Source of the DNA: Octopus vulgaris
Taxonomy: Eukaryota
Length of the DNA stretch: 64,000 nt
Direction: 5' to 3'
Assembly: GCA_951406725.2 (NCBI GenBank)
Contig: OX597825.1
Coordinates: 58,714,001-58,778,000 of the forward strand
Of the stretch, positions 13,486-25,635 are shown in pieces. Position 1 is the first letter of the stretch; each line of letters starts with the position of its first letter. The notes under the pieces were generated by a model. It saw only the letters and a program-made list of their open reading frames with translations. It ran no database searches and was not told the origin of the DNA. A program made the translations under genes and the position numbers.

Positions 13486-14002
13486 TTAATACGCTAAGGC
13501 GTAGTGAGTGGGCAAAGCTTGGTCTGCAATATTTGCGATGTTGTATATTTATCATGAACTGGGCTCATTAGTAACCAGCGGAGCCACAAGAGTAAAGTAA
13601 AAATTTTGTCTGAGTGCTTGGTCAGTGATGGTCTTCTTTTACTCACGAGTGAACAGCAGTCATGAAAGTATGTATGTCTCTACCACTCTCTCTTTCTCGC
13701 TCTCCCCGGCACACACACTCTCTCTCTCTCTCTCTCTTTCTTACTCTCCTCCGCACACTCTCTTTTTCATTCTCCTCTATACACTCTCTCTTTCTCGCTC
13801 TCCCCCTCACACACACACTCTCTCCTTCGTCATGTGTATGTTGATGCGTAGTATTTAGATACGTCCCTCACCAAGTGCAAGTCGAACAATGAAATAAATG
13901 ATTGTTATATTTTTATCTACTGTCCACCAAAAATGGTTGTTTCGCAAAAATATATCTATATTTATTTCAAAGAATTCGATAATGCAATGAGAGACACACA
14001 AC

Positions 14003-14085
<83 letters not shown>

Positions 14086-14088
14086 TAG

Positions 14089-14151
<63 letters not shown>

Positions 14152-14158
14152 TAGATAT

Positions 14159-14236
<78 letters not shown>

Positions 14237-14989
14237 TCTTACATAATTGCAAATATATATTGCAGTGCAGTTATTTCAAGAAGGAAAAAAGAGCACAGCA
14301 TTCATCCGTAGAAACGGTAAATAGTCTATTTTGGCAGCTTTGGTACTCTTGAGAATGATGATGAATAAAATTATAAAAAGTGTGTTGAGTGAAGTAAAAA
14401 TAATACCCTAGCATTCGATATAGATCTATATTATTGAATACACATGCACACACACACACACATTATTTAATAAACACAATATATATTTTATGTGCTACTA
14501 CTAGTTTCATGCGCTGAGAGCATGCTAGACAGTATTTTTTGATACTGGTGTCCTAGCTCAATCATCAAGCACTGCCCTTTTAGCACAATGAACTAAAAAT
14601 GGATGACAAGTCGAGAAAAGGCGAGAAAGAAGTAGATTATCTTTTGTTGATCTTACCATCATGGAACAGTACGATGTGCGTGTGTGTGTGTGTGTTAATT
14701 CATCGTTAGCAACAGAAGCAGTATTTGTTCAAAATAGTAACCTGTGTATCATGCTTAATGAAGATACATCGTTGAAAGCCTTATAAAACTGAGGTATTCT
14801 TCTCGAGAAAGCATCTGTAACAAATAAGTGTAGGAAAACATAAATACATCAGTAGCAGACAAAATACGTCCAGCAGCGGTCGTAGCATGACTAAGTACGA
14901 ATTTATTGTATATATATTACAATATATGAATGTATATGATATAAATAGTATATATTATAAAATAAATGTAATATATATTATATGTTAAA

Positions 14990-15213
14990 CAGGTTTGTCT
15001 AAAAGTCACCTGACAGTAAATCAAAACCATTTAATTTCAAGATCTTTTTATGTTTCACGACTGAATGAATTTCATAACAGCATCTAAATATGAAACATCA
15101 TGAAAATTGTTCAAACTGAAGTCCTTCTTGAGCGACACATTTTTCCATTCGAGTCAATACAGAATTACAGACAGAATTTTGGTTTACTGTCGGGTAACTT
15201 ATGGCCAAACTTG
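14990..15213. mobile_element. Tc1/mariner-type MITE
   Basis: Imperfect ~37 bp TIRs CAGGTTTGTCTAAAAGTCACCTGACAGTAAATCAAAA and TTTTGGTTTACTGTCGGGTAACTTATGGCCAAACTTG, the latter followed by TA. Confidence 0.7.
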
Positions 15214-15372
15214 TACATACATACATACATACATACATACGATAACAGTAATTTTTACAGCCCATTTCAATAAATAATTGTTATAATTTTTGTGTTTTTT
15301 ATGGATATCAATAAAAGCTGTCCTCTTCGATTTATATGATTATGGTTCTGATTTGCTCGTTCATGCGCTAGA

Positions 15373-15773
15373 CAGTGGTTTCCAAAAGTGGGTGGTACAT
15401 CCCCTGTCCCTGGGGGCGGTGGAAAGCTCTAAGTGGTGGTGGGGGCGGCGTTGAAGAAAAGTGGAGCGAAAATGGGGCGGCCTAAAGTGGGTAGGGAGCG
15501 ATGGTTATAAAACCAGCCAAATAATGGGTTCATTATTTCGAAGTCACTGACAAAATTATTCTTCACACACACACACGTGAGCGCGCGGTATTTAACGTGT
15601 GTTTTAAAACTATTGTAATAAATGATTTCCTTGTTAACAAATGCTGTTGTTTCGAATTTGCTTCAGAAAGTGGTCTATGTTTGTGGTGGTGAGTATGAGG
15701 TGTGGAGCGGGGAACTAGGAGTATCACCTGGGTGTCAATGGGGTGACAACTCAAAAAAGTTTGGGAACCACTG
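15373..15773. mobile_element. hAT (Charlie-like) non-autonomous element
   Basis: TIRs CAGTGGTTTCCAAA and TTTGGGAACCACTG; GCTAGA occurs in both flanks. Confidence 0.7.
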
Positions 15774-16222
15774 GCTAGATCAGATCTAACACACACATAC
15801 ATCAGTATGCTTTCGTGTGTCTTGGTGGGTATTCAGTAGCCGTTGAGGGCACAGGACTTTAAAATCCCCTTACAGTTTATCCCCTTTCAAATGGTGTGGT
15901 CCCATCGATAGGGATCTGCTGAAATATTAGGGTATTTACATAAAGACTTCCATCCAGTTCGATTGGCATATTTTGTCAGAAGGAGATGGGATTTGAAGTG
16001 AAAAATGGCAGAGAAATGGAATACTGCAAGTCATCCGACCCAAAGCTCCAGCGCCATATGTGTGTGCGTAGAGGTGGGTGTACGTGTGTGTGTGTACGTG
16101 TCTGAGTCTCTGTGTGTATATGTGTATGTATATGCACGTATGTGTATATACATATCTATGTGTATATATATATATATATATATGTTCATAGGCATACATC
16201 CACACACACGCATATATATATG

Positions 16223-16270
<48 letters not shown>

Positions 16271-16621
16271 CATATATACACACACACATATATACATATA
16301 CATTGCATGCACACAGTCACACATGTGCACACAGACTCTCTTACATTCATTCATAATGCATACATAGATATTACATGTTTACACACACACACTCATACAC
16401 ACACACACTTACTCACACACACGCCTGCTACACACACACATTTTTTGAAAAATGTTTTACTTTGTAACTGAAAGCTTATCGAACCGTCACTGTTATTGAT
16501 CTGTTGTTATATTGCTACATTTCCTCACCATGAATGTTTGATATTATTTTTATCATACATCAGTACAAGAGCTGTCGCCAATGGTGCTTCCTCCACTCCG
16601 TCATGATATGAGCGTGTGTGT

Positions 16622-16718
<97 letters not shown>

Positions 16719-17314
16719 AGTGTGTAAAAATACCTCGAAGCTAGCTTATTGATGCTGGAAACGTTTAAAGTCTTGCTTGCACTTGATTCTTTATTGTAGG
16801 TATTAACATAAACTTTTGTTCTGTCGTCTCTTACTAAAAGCAAAACAGACAGAAAATAACAGCAAGTAGGAGTAAAACAAAATCTAATAAAAGCAGGCAT
16901 CTCTGCGTGGGCCCCCTAACTTGTTGACAAGGAAATCATTTATTACAATAGTTTGGAAGCACACGTTAAATACCGCACGCTCACTTGTGTGTTTGTGTGT
17001 TTCAAGAATAATTTTGTCAGTGCCTTCGAAGTTTCGGTCTGCTAGCCTTCATCGGACTGTGCTACATTTGAGTCCATCTTGGCTTTATATTGTCTCTGGA
17101 AAGTTTATTTTTTTCTGGGATTGGTGAAGCTATATCAAATGGTAATTAGGCTGTAGGGTAATTGCGAAGGCATTGTCACCACTCCTTGTAAAAGAATATT
17201 AAATATGAACTCTTCAATATGTTTTGAGAAACCCTTCAGATTAATGTAATTTAAAAAAATTTAACTCGACAACCAAACAAACAATTATATAATATGGATT
17301 TTAACCTTTTGACC

Positions 17315-17645
17315 TACAGATTTGAAAAATAATTTTTTGTAACTAAACACTTTCAAACTTCGGATGCTGGTAGAATGTGTCATATAAAACATCTTTCACT
17401 TTTAGTATTTTTAGTATTTTTGAGAAAAACTTATATTTACGAAGTTATTTCACGTTAAAGTTGTCCTATTTCGGTAATTTCAGCCAATAAATGACGTGTA
17501 TTCAGCTGAATAAAATTACTGTTGTTTGTCAATAAGAACTTCCGGCGGTGTATATTTCGTTTGTCACTGTTATTTATGACAACCCTAACCCTAAAACCTT
17601 AAAATCAGTACAAACGCACGAACGATGTCATAAATAACAGTTAGG
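17315..17645 (+). repeat. Relative of the TIR arm at 85-368, containing a short CCCTAA doublet
   Basis: AACTAAACACTTTCAAACTTCG...AAGTTATTTCACGTTAAAGTTGTC...ACGTGTATTCAGCTGAA is collinear with 130-300. Confidence 0.6.
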
Positions 17646-18094
17646 TTCCGCACCTCCTAAGGCCGGCCTTGGCTATAGTAGTCAGTTGTTTTACAATAGT
17701 AAGAGGAAAATAACAACGACAAAGCTCGCGCACATTTGGCAATAATTGCGTTTGTTTGCGAATGTTAGGAAGGGGTTGTTTGCTAGAAATAGAAAGACGT
17801 GCGACGTCTAAAGGCAAAAATGACTGTCCCCTAATATACTGTGAGGATTAATTTTTATATATGTCGGAAAGCTGAATGTGGGTCGGAGATCAATGGGAAA
17901 TAAATTGGCTTATCTATGTTAACCTGTATTTAACCCAAGAATATTCACTTAAACAGTACAGCTTATCTAAGTTTGACGGTTTATCTGCGCAAATTCCTAA
18001 GTGCTAATGACGAGAACACTGGTAAGCATGTCGTAGAAAATCTTGGCTAGATATTCGATTCCCGGCTAAGAATCCAGGAAACGCACTCTTTCAC

Positions 18095-18152
<58 letters not shown>

Positions 18153-18160
18153 TTATTTAT

Positions 18161-18197
<37 letters not shown>

Positions 18198-18217
18198 TGT
18201 ATGTGTCTATGTGTATA

Positions 18218-18339
<122 letters not shown>

Positions 18340-18380
18340 GAGAGAGAGAGAGAGTTATGCAGTAGCAGCACGATAAAGTG

Positions 18381-18438
<58 letters not shown>

Positions 18439-18569
18439 CACTAAATACGACTAGGGGGTTTGGAAACACCTACATTACTAGAAATAAGAGCTAAACTGCT
18501 CTAATGCTGTTGTTAACGCACATTAATTAAAATATATACCATAACAAGGACCATAATCGTCCAAAAAGT

Positions 18570-18650
18570 GCCAATCGAGAATCCTTAATACTGACGCATC
18601 AGTTTCGGTAATTTCCGTTGCCTCATCAGTTAAGACAGCTCGACTTTGGC
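18570..18650 (-). ncRNA. Type I hammerhead ribozyme motif with extended stem I
   Basis: gccaaagtcgag-ctg-tcttaa CTGATGA ggcaac-ggaa-attacc GAAA ctgatgcgtcag TA ttaagg-att-ctcgattggc. Core intact, GUA triplet; stem II has mismatches. Confidence 0.8.
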
Positions 18651-18866
18651 TCTTTCCGAACTCACCTCGCCATTAGTTGTTATATTTCCGTCATCCAAAT
18701 AACAGGATGATTTAGCGATTCGCTAATGTGTATATATAAAATTAATATAAACAGCAGTTTGCAATGTTTCACCAAAAAGGAGAATTACAAATGTCACTAA
18801 ATGCAACTAGAGCATTAGAAAACACCTACATTACTAGAAATAAGAGCGAAACAGCTCCAATGCTGC

Positions 18867-18917
18867 CTTAACCGATGAGGCAACGGAAGTTGCAGAAACT
18901 GACGCGTCAGTATTAAG
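18867..18917 (+). ncRNA. Type I hammerhead ribozyme motif, core variant CCGATGA
   Basis: cttaa CCGATGA ggcaac-ggaa-gttgca GAAA ctgacgcgtcag TA ttaag. Stems I and III are perfect; there is a U4C-type core change. Confidence 0.7.
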
Positions 18918-19200
18918 AATTCTTGATCGGCACTTTTCGGACGACATAGTGTATATATTTTCATTCATGTGCGTTAACTACGGTAGTAGAGCCGTTTAGC
19001 TCTTATTTCTAGCAATGTATGTGTTTTCTAACAAGTTAGCCGCACTTAGTGACATTTGTAATTCTCCTTTTGGGTGAAACATTGCAAACTGCTCTTTATA
19101 TTAATTTTATATATATACATTAGCGAATGCTAAATCACCCTATTATTTGGATGACGGAAGCGTAACTACTAATGGCGAAGCGAGTCCGGAAAGAGCTGAA

Positions 19201-19275
19201 GTCGAGCTGTCTTAACTGATGAGCCAACGGAAATTACCGAAACTGACGCGTCAATATTAAGAATTCTCTATTGGC
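19201..19275 (+). ncRNA. Type I hammerhead ribozyme motif, degenerate stem II
   Basis: gtcgag-ctg-tcttaa CTGATGA gccaac-ggaa-attacc GAAA ctgacgcgtcaa TA ttaaga-att-ctc. Confidence 0.7.
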
Positions 19276-19781
19276 ACTTTTCGGACGATTATGGTCCATA
19301 TTAGTGTATATTTTTTTCATTCATGTGCATTAACTACAGCATTAGAGAGGTTTCGCTCTAATTTCTAGCAATGTAGGTGTTTCTTAACACCCTAGATGCA
19401 TTTAGTGACATTTGTAATTCTCCTTTTCGGTGAAAGACTGCAAACTGCTGTTTATATTAATTATATATATAGATATATAATACATTTCTGCTGTCCACAG
19501 AAATGTATATAACGGACGAAAGGTAACCAGTCAACCACGGTCGAAGTGTTCCTGTCACAATCTGAACCTGATGAATTTTTAAATGAAAGAAAGTATACTA
19601 GTTCAATGAGAATAGACGTTTAATATTTAATTTTCAATATTTCATTTGTTCAATAAGACAATCAATACTTCATTTCATTTCTTTCTTTCTTTCTATATAT
19701 TCTATATTCTCTATCCTATATCAATATTATAAGAATATAAATAAAACATAAAAAACAGAGAGAACTGGAATTCCTTTGAGT

Positions 19782-19817
<36 letters not shown>

Positions 19818-19829
19818 AGTTTGATAACT

Positions 19830-20590
19830 TTGATAGGTTTCGGCTAGTATAGGCCCAGGCCATGTCTAACTTAATAGCACCACCTGGTGAAGTCTTTTTG
19901 TCATATATGGGACATCATAACCCACTCTAGCAAAGAGTCATTATTGTTGGAGACACATCCGGGTGTAAGAGGTTAGTCCGAGGTTTTTTGAAGAAATTTG
20001 TCTAAAGAACTTCTGAGTTTTACGAGATCCGTTTCCGTTTTGACGTATTTTGGTATATTAAAGTGAGCTGGACCGGTTGAGGTAAAGTAGTCGTATCACA
20101 ATGTTGTTATGTGACCTGAGTTCGATTTCTGTCGTGGGTGGATAGCATGAGAGGCCAAATCTTGGGTGGATTTTAAAACTGATGCCAACATCGTTTGTGC
20201 AATATTGATGGAATATTTTCCACATCACACAAATGACGTAGCGCTCCCGGCGGCGCTGGAGGGAGTAGAGATTGAGTTTTTTTTTTGTCGACCCCAATAG
20301 TCAATGCCTATCACGCCGTCTATCTTTCTTGATATTGACCTCTGGAATGTTTCCACTTTCATGCTGAGTTGCTTCGTGTGGGGAGACCACGGTGAGCAAC
20401 AATATTCAAGGAGGGGTCGGGTAAAAGTAGAGTGGAGAAGGATGATGATGTGGGCATCACTAGACCGGAAAGTTCTTATTATCCAGGAGCACATCTTGCG
20501 AGCCAAGTCAACCTTGGTGTTGACATGGGAACTCCAGCTTAGATTGTTATCAACAATTACTCCAAGGTCTCTGGTATTGTTGGATATCCT
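19830..20590 (-). mobile_element. CR1-group LINE 3' fragment, frameshifted
   Basis: RDLGVIVDNNLSWSSHV...RPLLEYCCSPWSPH, then LNLYSLQRRRERY in another frame. Confidence 0.9.
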
Positions 20591-21573
20591 TATATATATG
20601 TATACTTGTATGTACACACACACACACATATACATATGTCTGTGAATGCATGTATACATACATATATACGTATATTCATACGTGATGGCCTCTTCGTTCT
20701 CAAACATAAGATGACGATACTGGTACATGAAGCGATTCTTGAGCATGATGCTTTTTAAAGAGAGGAGAGACATTGCACATAACTGATCTCACTCCCTAAA
20801 CAACGATGATAGATACTCCCAAAAGAAGAACTAGTCAATATCATTACATTACATTAGTTTTCCTTCTCTTGGAGTGATTTCCTAACAAGGACGTACATGC
20901 ACACACACAAGCACACACACACATACACGCACACACACACACACACACGATAAACCAGAAAACACGTATCAACATGCGTGGTGTGCTCCAATACAGAACT
21001 GAAAGTGAAAGTGAAACAGATTTGTTTTATTCATTTTTCTGCTGTGAGGATTAAAACAGTTTGAAACATTAAAAATAATCTTATTTCTTGTTACTGACTT
21101 CAGTTTTGCAGCTTTGATTTCCTCAAACTTGGTCACTGTTCACATTTTAAAACAACCATGAAGCAAGTGAGTTTACCAACACCAGTGTAAACTTTATTAC
21201 AATATACATATACATTACACACACGCTCGCTCACTCACTCACGTACGGGTGCAAGCGATTACACACACACACACGCACATATGTATGTATGTATATACGC
21301 CTTCTCAGTGACCGAGGTGCATAAAATGATGGAAGGGAATACATTTTCCTGGTGATTATTCTATGGTCTTTATACAGTACGTATGCTGTTTTATCTTTTT
21401 TATGTTATAATGTTCTCGTTTGTGGTTAGATTACCGAAATTTTGATTATCGATGCATATATATGTATACACAGACAAGCAAACCTATGCAACAAACAAAA
21501 TCAAGTACATAAATGTATATACATTGACAGGTGTGTGTGCATGTGCGCGCGTGTGTACGTGTGTCGGTATGTT

Positions 21574-21623
<50 letters not shown>

Positions 21624-22580
21624 TGTTGTTTGTATGTAGACATATATGTGTGTATGTGTATTTATATATATATACATATATATATATATATACATACCTA
21701 TATATATATGTATGCATATATGTGTATATATGTGTGAGTGTGTGTGCGAGTGTGTGCGAGTGTGTGTGTGCGTGCGTGCGTGTCCGTGCGTACGTGCGTG
21801 CATGCGTGTGTGTATGTATGTATGCATGTGTATGTGTATATACGCGTGTGTGCGTGTACTGAGTGCGCGTGAGTGTTCGTGTGTGCGTGTGTGTGTACAT
21901 ATACCTTTATTTTACAAATATAAGGAAAAGACAACAACAAAACTTGATAAAGAAGTTGCTAAAATAAAGAAGAACCTACCGTGTTTGATGGTTTATAAGA
22001 ATCACTTGTTTTTGAATAAATAAAAATGTCTCTCAGACAATCACGCCGGGTCCTATATTCGAAGTTGGGTGGATGTGCTTCGTTACAAATCTATTAAAAA
22101 CAAATTTTTCCTTAATATGTGCTTCTGAAACTGGAATTAGCCTAATATGCTCGTGTGTCTTTTATGCTATCAAATACGGTACTGGGCGGTGTGTAGCAAT
22201 CAATTATATCAAACCCAGTGCATCACTGGTATCTATTTTCATCGCGCTCGGAAGAAAAATGAGTAAAGCGCGGCTCAGCAAGGTTTGAACTTAGAACGTA
22301 GAGCACTGAAATCAGATTTGTCACCGTCGTTGCTCTGAGTTTCATGTTAACACTTTTCGACATGTGTTTGTGAATATTTAGATATATGCATACACGCACA
22401 TACACACACTTATAGATAGGTATATACATACGTGTGTGTATGTGCGTGTGTTTTGCTTCTGTCTTTATCTGAAATCTTTGGAAAAACTATCTTGAAATTT
22501 ATGGAAAAACAAAAGACAAAGACTGGTATATGAACAACAAGCAAGTGTATTAGTTTAACAATTCAGAAAAGTGAAAAAGT

Positions 22581-22616
22581 CTTTTACGTTTTGAGCCTAC
22601 GCTCTTCAACAGAAAG
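22581..22616 (-). ncRNA. Minimal Penelope-type hammerhead-like motif (decayed)
   Basis: cttt CTGTTGA a gagc-gtag-gctc aAAAC GTA aaag; stems I and II are perfect, with two core substitutions. Confidence 0.5.
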
Positions 22617-22617
22617 G

Positions 22618-22878
<261 letters not shown>

Positions 22879-22884
22879 TATATA

Positions 22885-22936
<52 letters not shown>

Positions 22937-23025
22937 CTTGTGTATATATGTATGTGTGTCTTTATATTTTTTCCTCAATGCCTGAAAGAGATAAAACGGA
23001 AAAAGAACATGTTGATGGAGATGAT

Positions 23026-23436
23026 TTACGAAAATGATGATGATGATGATGTTGATGATGAATGATGATGATGATGAATGACGATGTTGATGATGATGAT
23101 GATGATGATGATGAATGATGATGATGATAAATGATGATGATGATGAATGATGATGATGATGAATGATGATGAATGATGATGATGATGATGATGAATGATG
23201 ATGATAATGATGAATATGATAGTGGTGGTGGTGGTGGTGGTGATGATGGTGGTGTTGTTGTTGTTGGTGGTGGTGATGACGATGACGATGATGATGACGA
23301 AGCTAACGATAATGATAATTAAAATAACGGTTATAATCGTCGTGCTGGTGGTAGTAGTAGTATCAGTAGCAGCAGCAGCAGCAGTAGTAGTAGTACTAGT
23401 AGTAGTAGCAGCAGCAGTAGCAGCAGCAGCAGTAGC

Positions 23437-23477
<41 letters not shown>

Positions 23478-23715
23478 CCGCAGCAGCAGCAGCAACAGCA
23501 TCAGCAGCAGCGACAGTGATGATAATTTTCAACATCAGGTGTCCATTTTCCTGAAAATTCATTGGATGCTGTTAATTGTTTTAACTTTTCATTCAGTTTT
23601 CAATAAAAATTATTCCAGCACCTCCATCACCACCACTACTACCACCACCAATATCATCACCATAACAACAACCAATGCCAACAAAACCACCATCATAACG
23701 ACAACACCACCACCA
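23026..23715. repeat. Compound trinucleotide microsatellite (GAT/GGT/GTA/GCA/CAC)
   Basis: Directly visible; one of many simple-repeat tracts in the window. Confidence 0.9.
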
Positions 23716-23717
23716 TT

Positions 23718-23915
23718 CAGTTCTATATTTAAGAGATGAGGAATTATATGCGTTATTTACATTATTTACATTATTTACATTTGACGGACATTTATTCTCA
23801 TCTTGCTTGTTAACACGTTTCGGCTGATATACCCTCCAGCCTTCTTCAGGTGTCTTGGGGAAATTTCGAACTTGGGTTCTCATTCCTAAGGTACTTTTCG
23901 CTGTTGTTGTTGTTG

Positions 23916-23965
<50 letters not shown>

Positions 23966-24020
23966 AATATTATTATTATTATAATTATTATTATTATTAT
24001 CATCATTATTATTATTATTA

Positions 24021-24103
<83 letters not shown>

Positions 24104-24122
24104 ATTATTATTATTATTATTA

Positions 24123-24169
<47 letters not shown>

Positions 24170-24274
24170 GTTATTGTTGTTGTTCCGGTCACTGCTTGAA
24201 ATCGAACTCGAAATCTTGGGGTTAGTAGCCCGCGCCTTTAACCCCAAGATTCCGAGTTCAATTCCAGGCAGTGA

Positions 24275-24343
<69 letters not shown>

Positions 24344-24345
24344 TG

Positions 24346-24437
<92 letters not shown>

Positions 24438-24443
24438 AAGAAG

Positions 24444-24474
<31 letters not shown>

Positions 24475-24655
24475 TTGAAAAATACCTTAAGAATGAGAAC
24501 CCAGGTTCGAAATCTCCCCAAGACACCTAATGTAGACTGGAAGGTATATCAGCCGAAACGTTCCGTTAACAACAAACAAGATGAGGACAAATATCCATCA
24601 AATGTAAATAATGTAAATAATGTACATACTTCCTCATCTATTAAATATAGAACTG
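23718..24655. mobile_element. Head-to-head pair of SINE-like elements (partial tRNA head + (AAT)n + HHR-bearing tail) forming a ~940 bp palindrome
   Basis: 23718-23900 mirrors 24475-24655; 24186-24224 mirrors 24239-24277 around a 14 nt loop; B box GAGTTCAATTCC. Confidence 0.8.
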
Positions 24656-24742
24656 TAAATTTTCTTAATCTCCTTTGGTTTATCCAGGTCACCTGATCCC
24701 CTTAAAGTTAGCTGAGATAGCGACAGCGAAATGGAGAGAGAT

Positions 24743-24793
<51 letters not shown>

Positions 24794-25067
24794 TGAGAAG
24801 AGAAGAGAAAGATAGAGGGAGACGCGGGGTGAAATGAGAAAGTGTGTGAGAGAGGCAAGATATGGTGAATATGTTTTTTTATTTTATCTTCACAAATTTA
24901 AAATCTGAAATAGTTGAATACCGATATCTCCTCCATAATGGAAACACTGATTACAGAATTCTGCATTTGCGGAAATTGTGACATATAACCATTAATTTCA
25001 GGATACGGCCTGTATTTCGCTCTTACGGAAGCTCGAGTGTATTTTCACAATTTTAAAAGCTAAAAAC

Positions 25068-25232
25068 AGAGGCTGTGTGGTAAGAAGCTTTCTTCCCAAT
25101 CACATGGTTCTGGGTTCAGTCCCACCACGTGGCACCTTGAGCAAGTATCTTTTACTATAGTCTTGGACCGACCAGAGCTTTGTGAGTAGATTTGGTAGAA
25201 CGAAACTGAAAGAAGCCCGTCGTATATATGTA

Positions 25233-25295
<63 letters not shown>

Positions 25296-25591
25296 GCATA
25301 TATATATACATGTATATATAAATATATATGCGCACGTGTGTGTGTTTATGTGTGTGTATATGTTTGTGTGTGTCTGTGTCAGTGTTTGTCCCGTCCACCA
25401 TCGCTTGACAACCGATGCTGGTGTGTTTATGTCCCTGTAACCTAGCGGTTCAGCACAAAAGACCGATAGAATAAGTACTAGGCTTACAAAAAAATAGGTC
25501 CCGGGGTCGATTTCTTCGACTAAACCTTTTAAGACGGTGCTCCAGTATGGCAGCAGTCAAATGACTAAAATATGTAAAAAAGTAAAAGAAT
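25068..25591 (+). mobile_element. Family C SINE (tRNA head, CORE-like CACCTTGRGCAAGT box, internal microsatellite), near full length
   Basis: Collinear with 45672-46097 and 56320-56779. Confidence 0.9.
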
Positions 25592-25635
25592 ATCTATCAA
25601 GGATTTTGTATATATATACATATATATATATATAA

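Larger units (their letters stand above)
18438..19470. mobile_element. Hammerhead-containing tandem/inverted repeat array (non-LTR retrozyme or Penelope pLTR-like)
   Basis: About 1.2 units on the minus strand (18438-18866, period ~356) and about 1.7 units on the plus strand (18867-19470, period 344), with three HHR motifs in total. Confidence 0.8.

Noticed and set aside
17581-17594. Telomeric repeat AACCCTAACCCTAA
   Set aside because: Only two units, inside a transposon-related arm; not an interstitial telomere array.
18438-19470. CRISPR-like or prokaryotic system interpretation of regular repeats
   Set aside because: Eukaryotic context; the units are ~350 bp homologous monomers without unique spacers.
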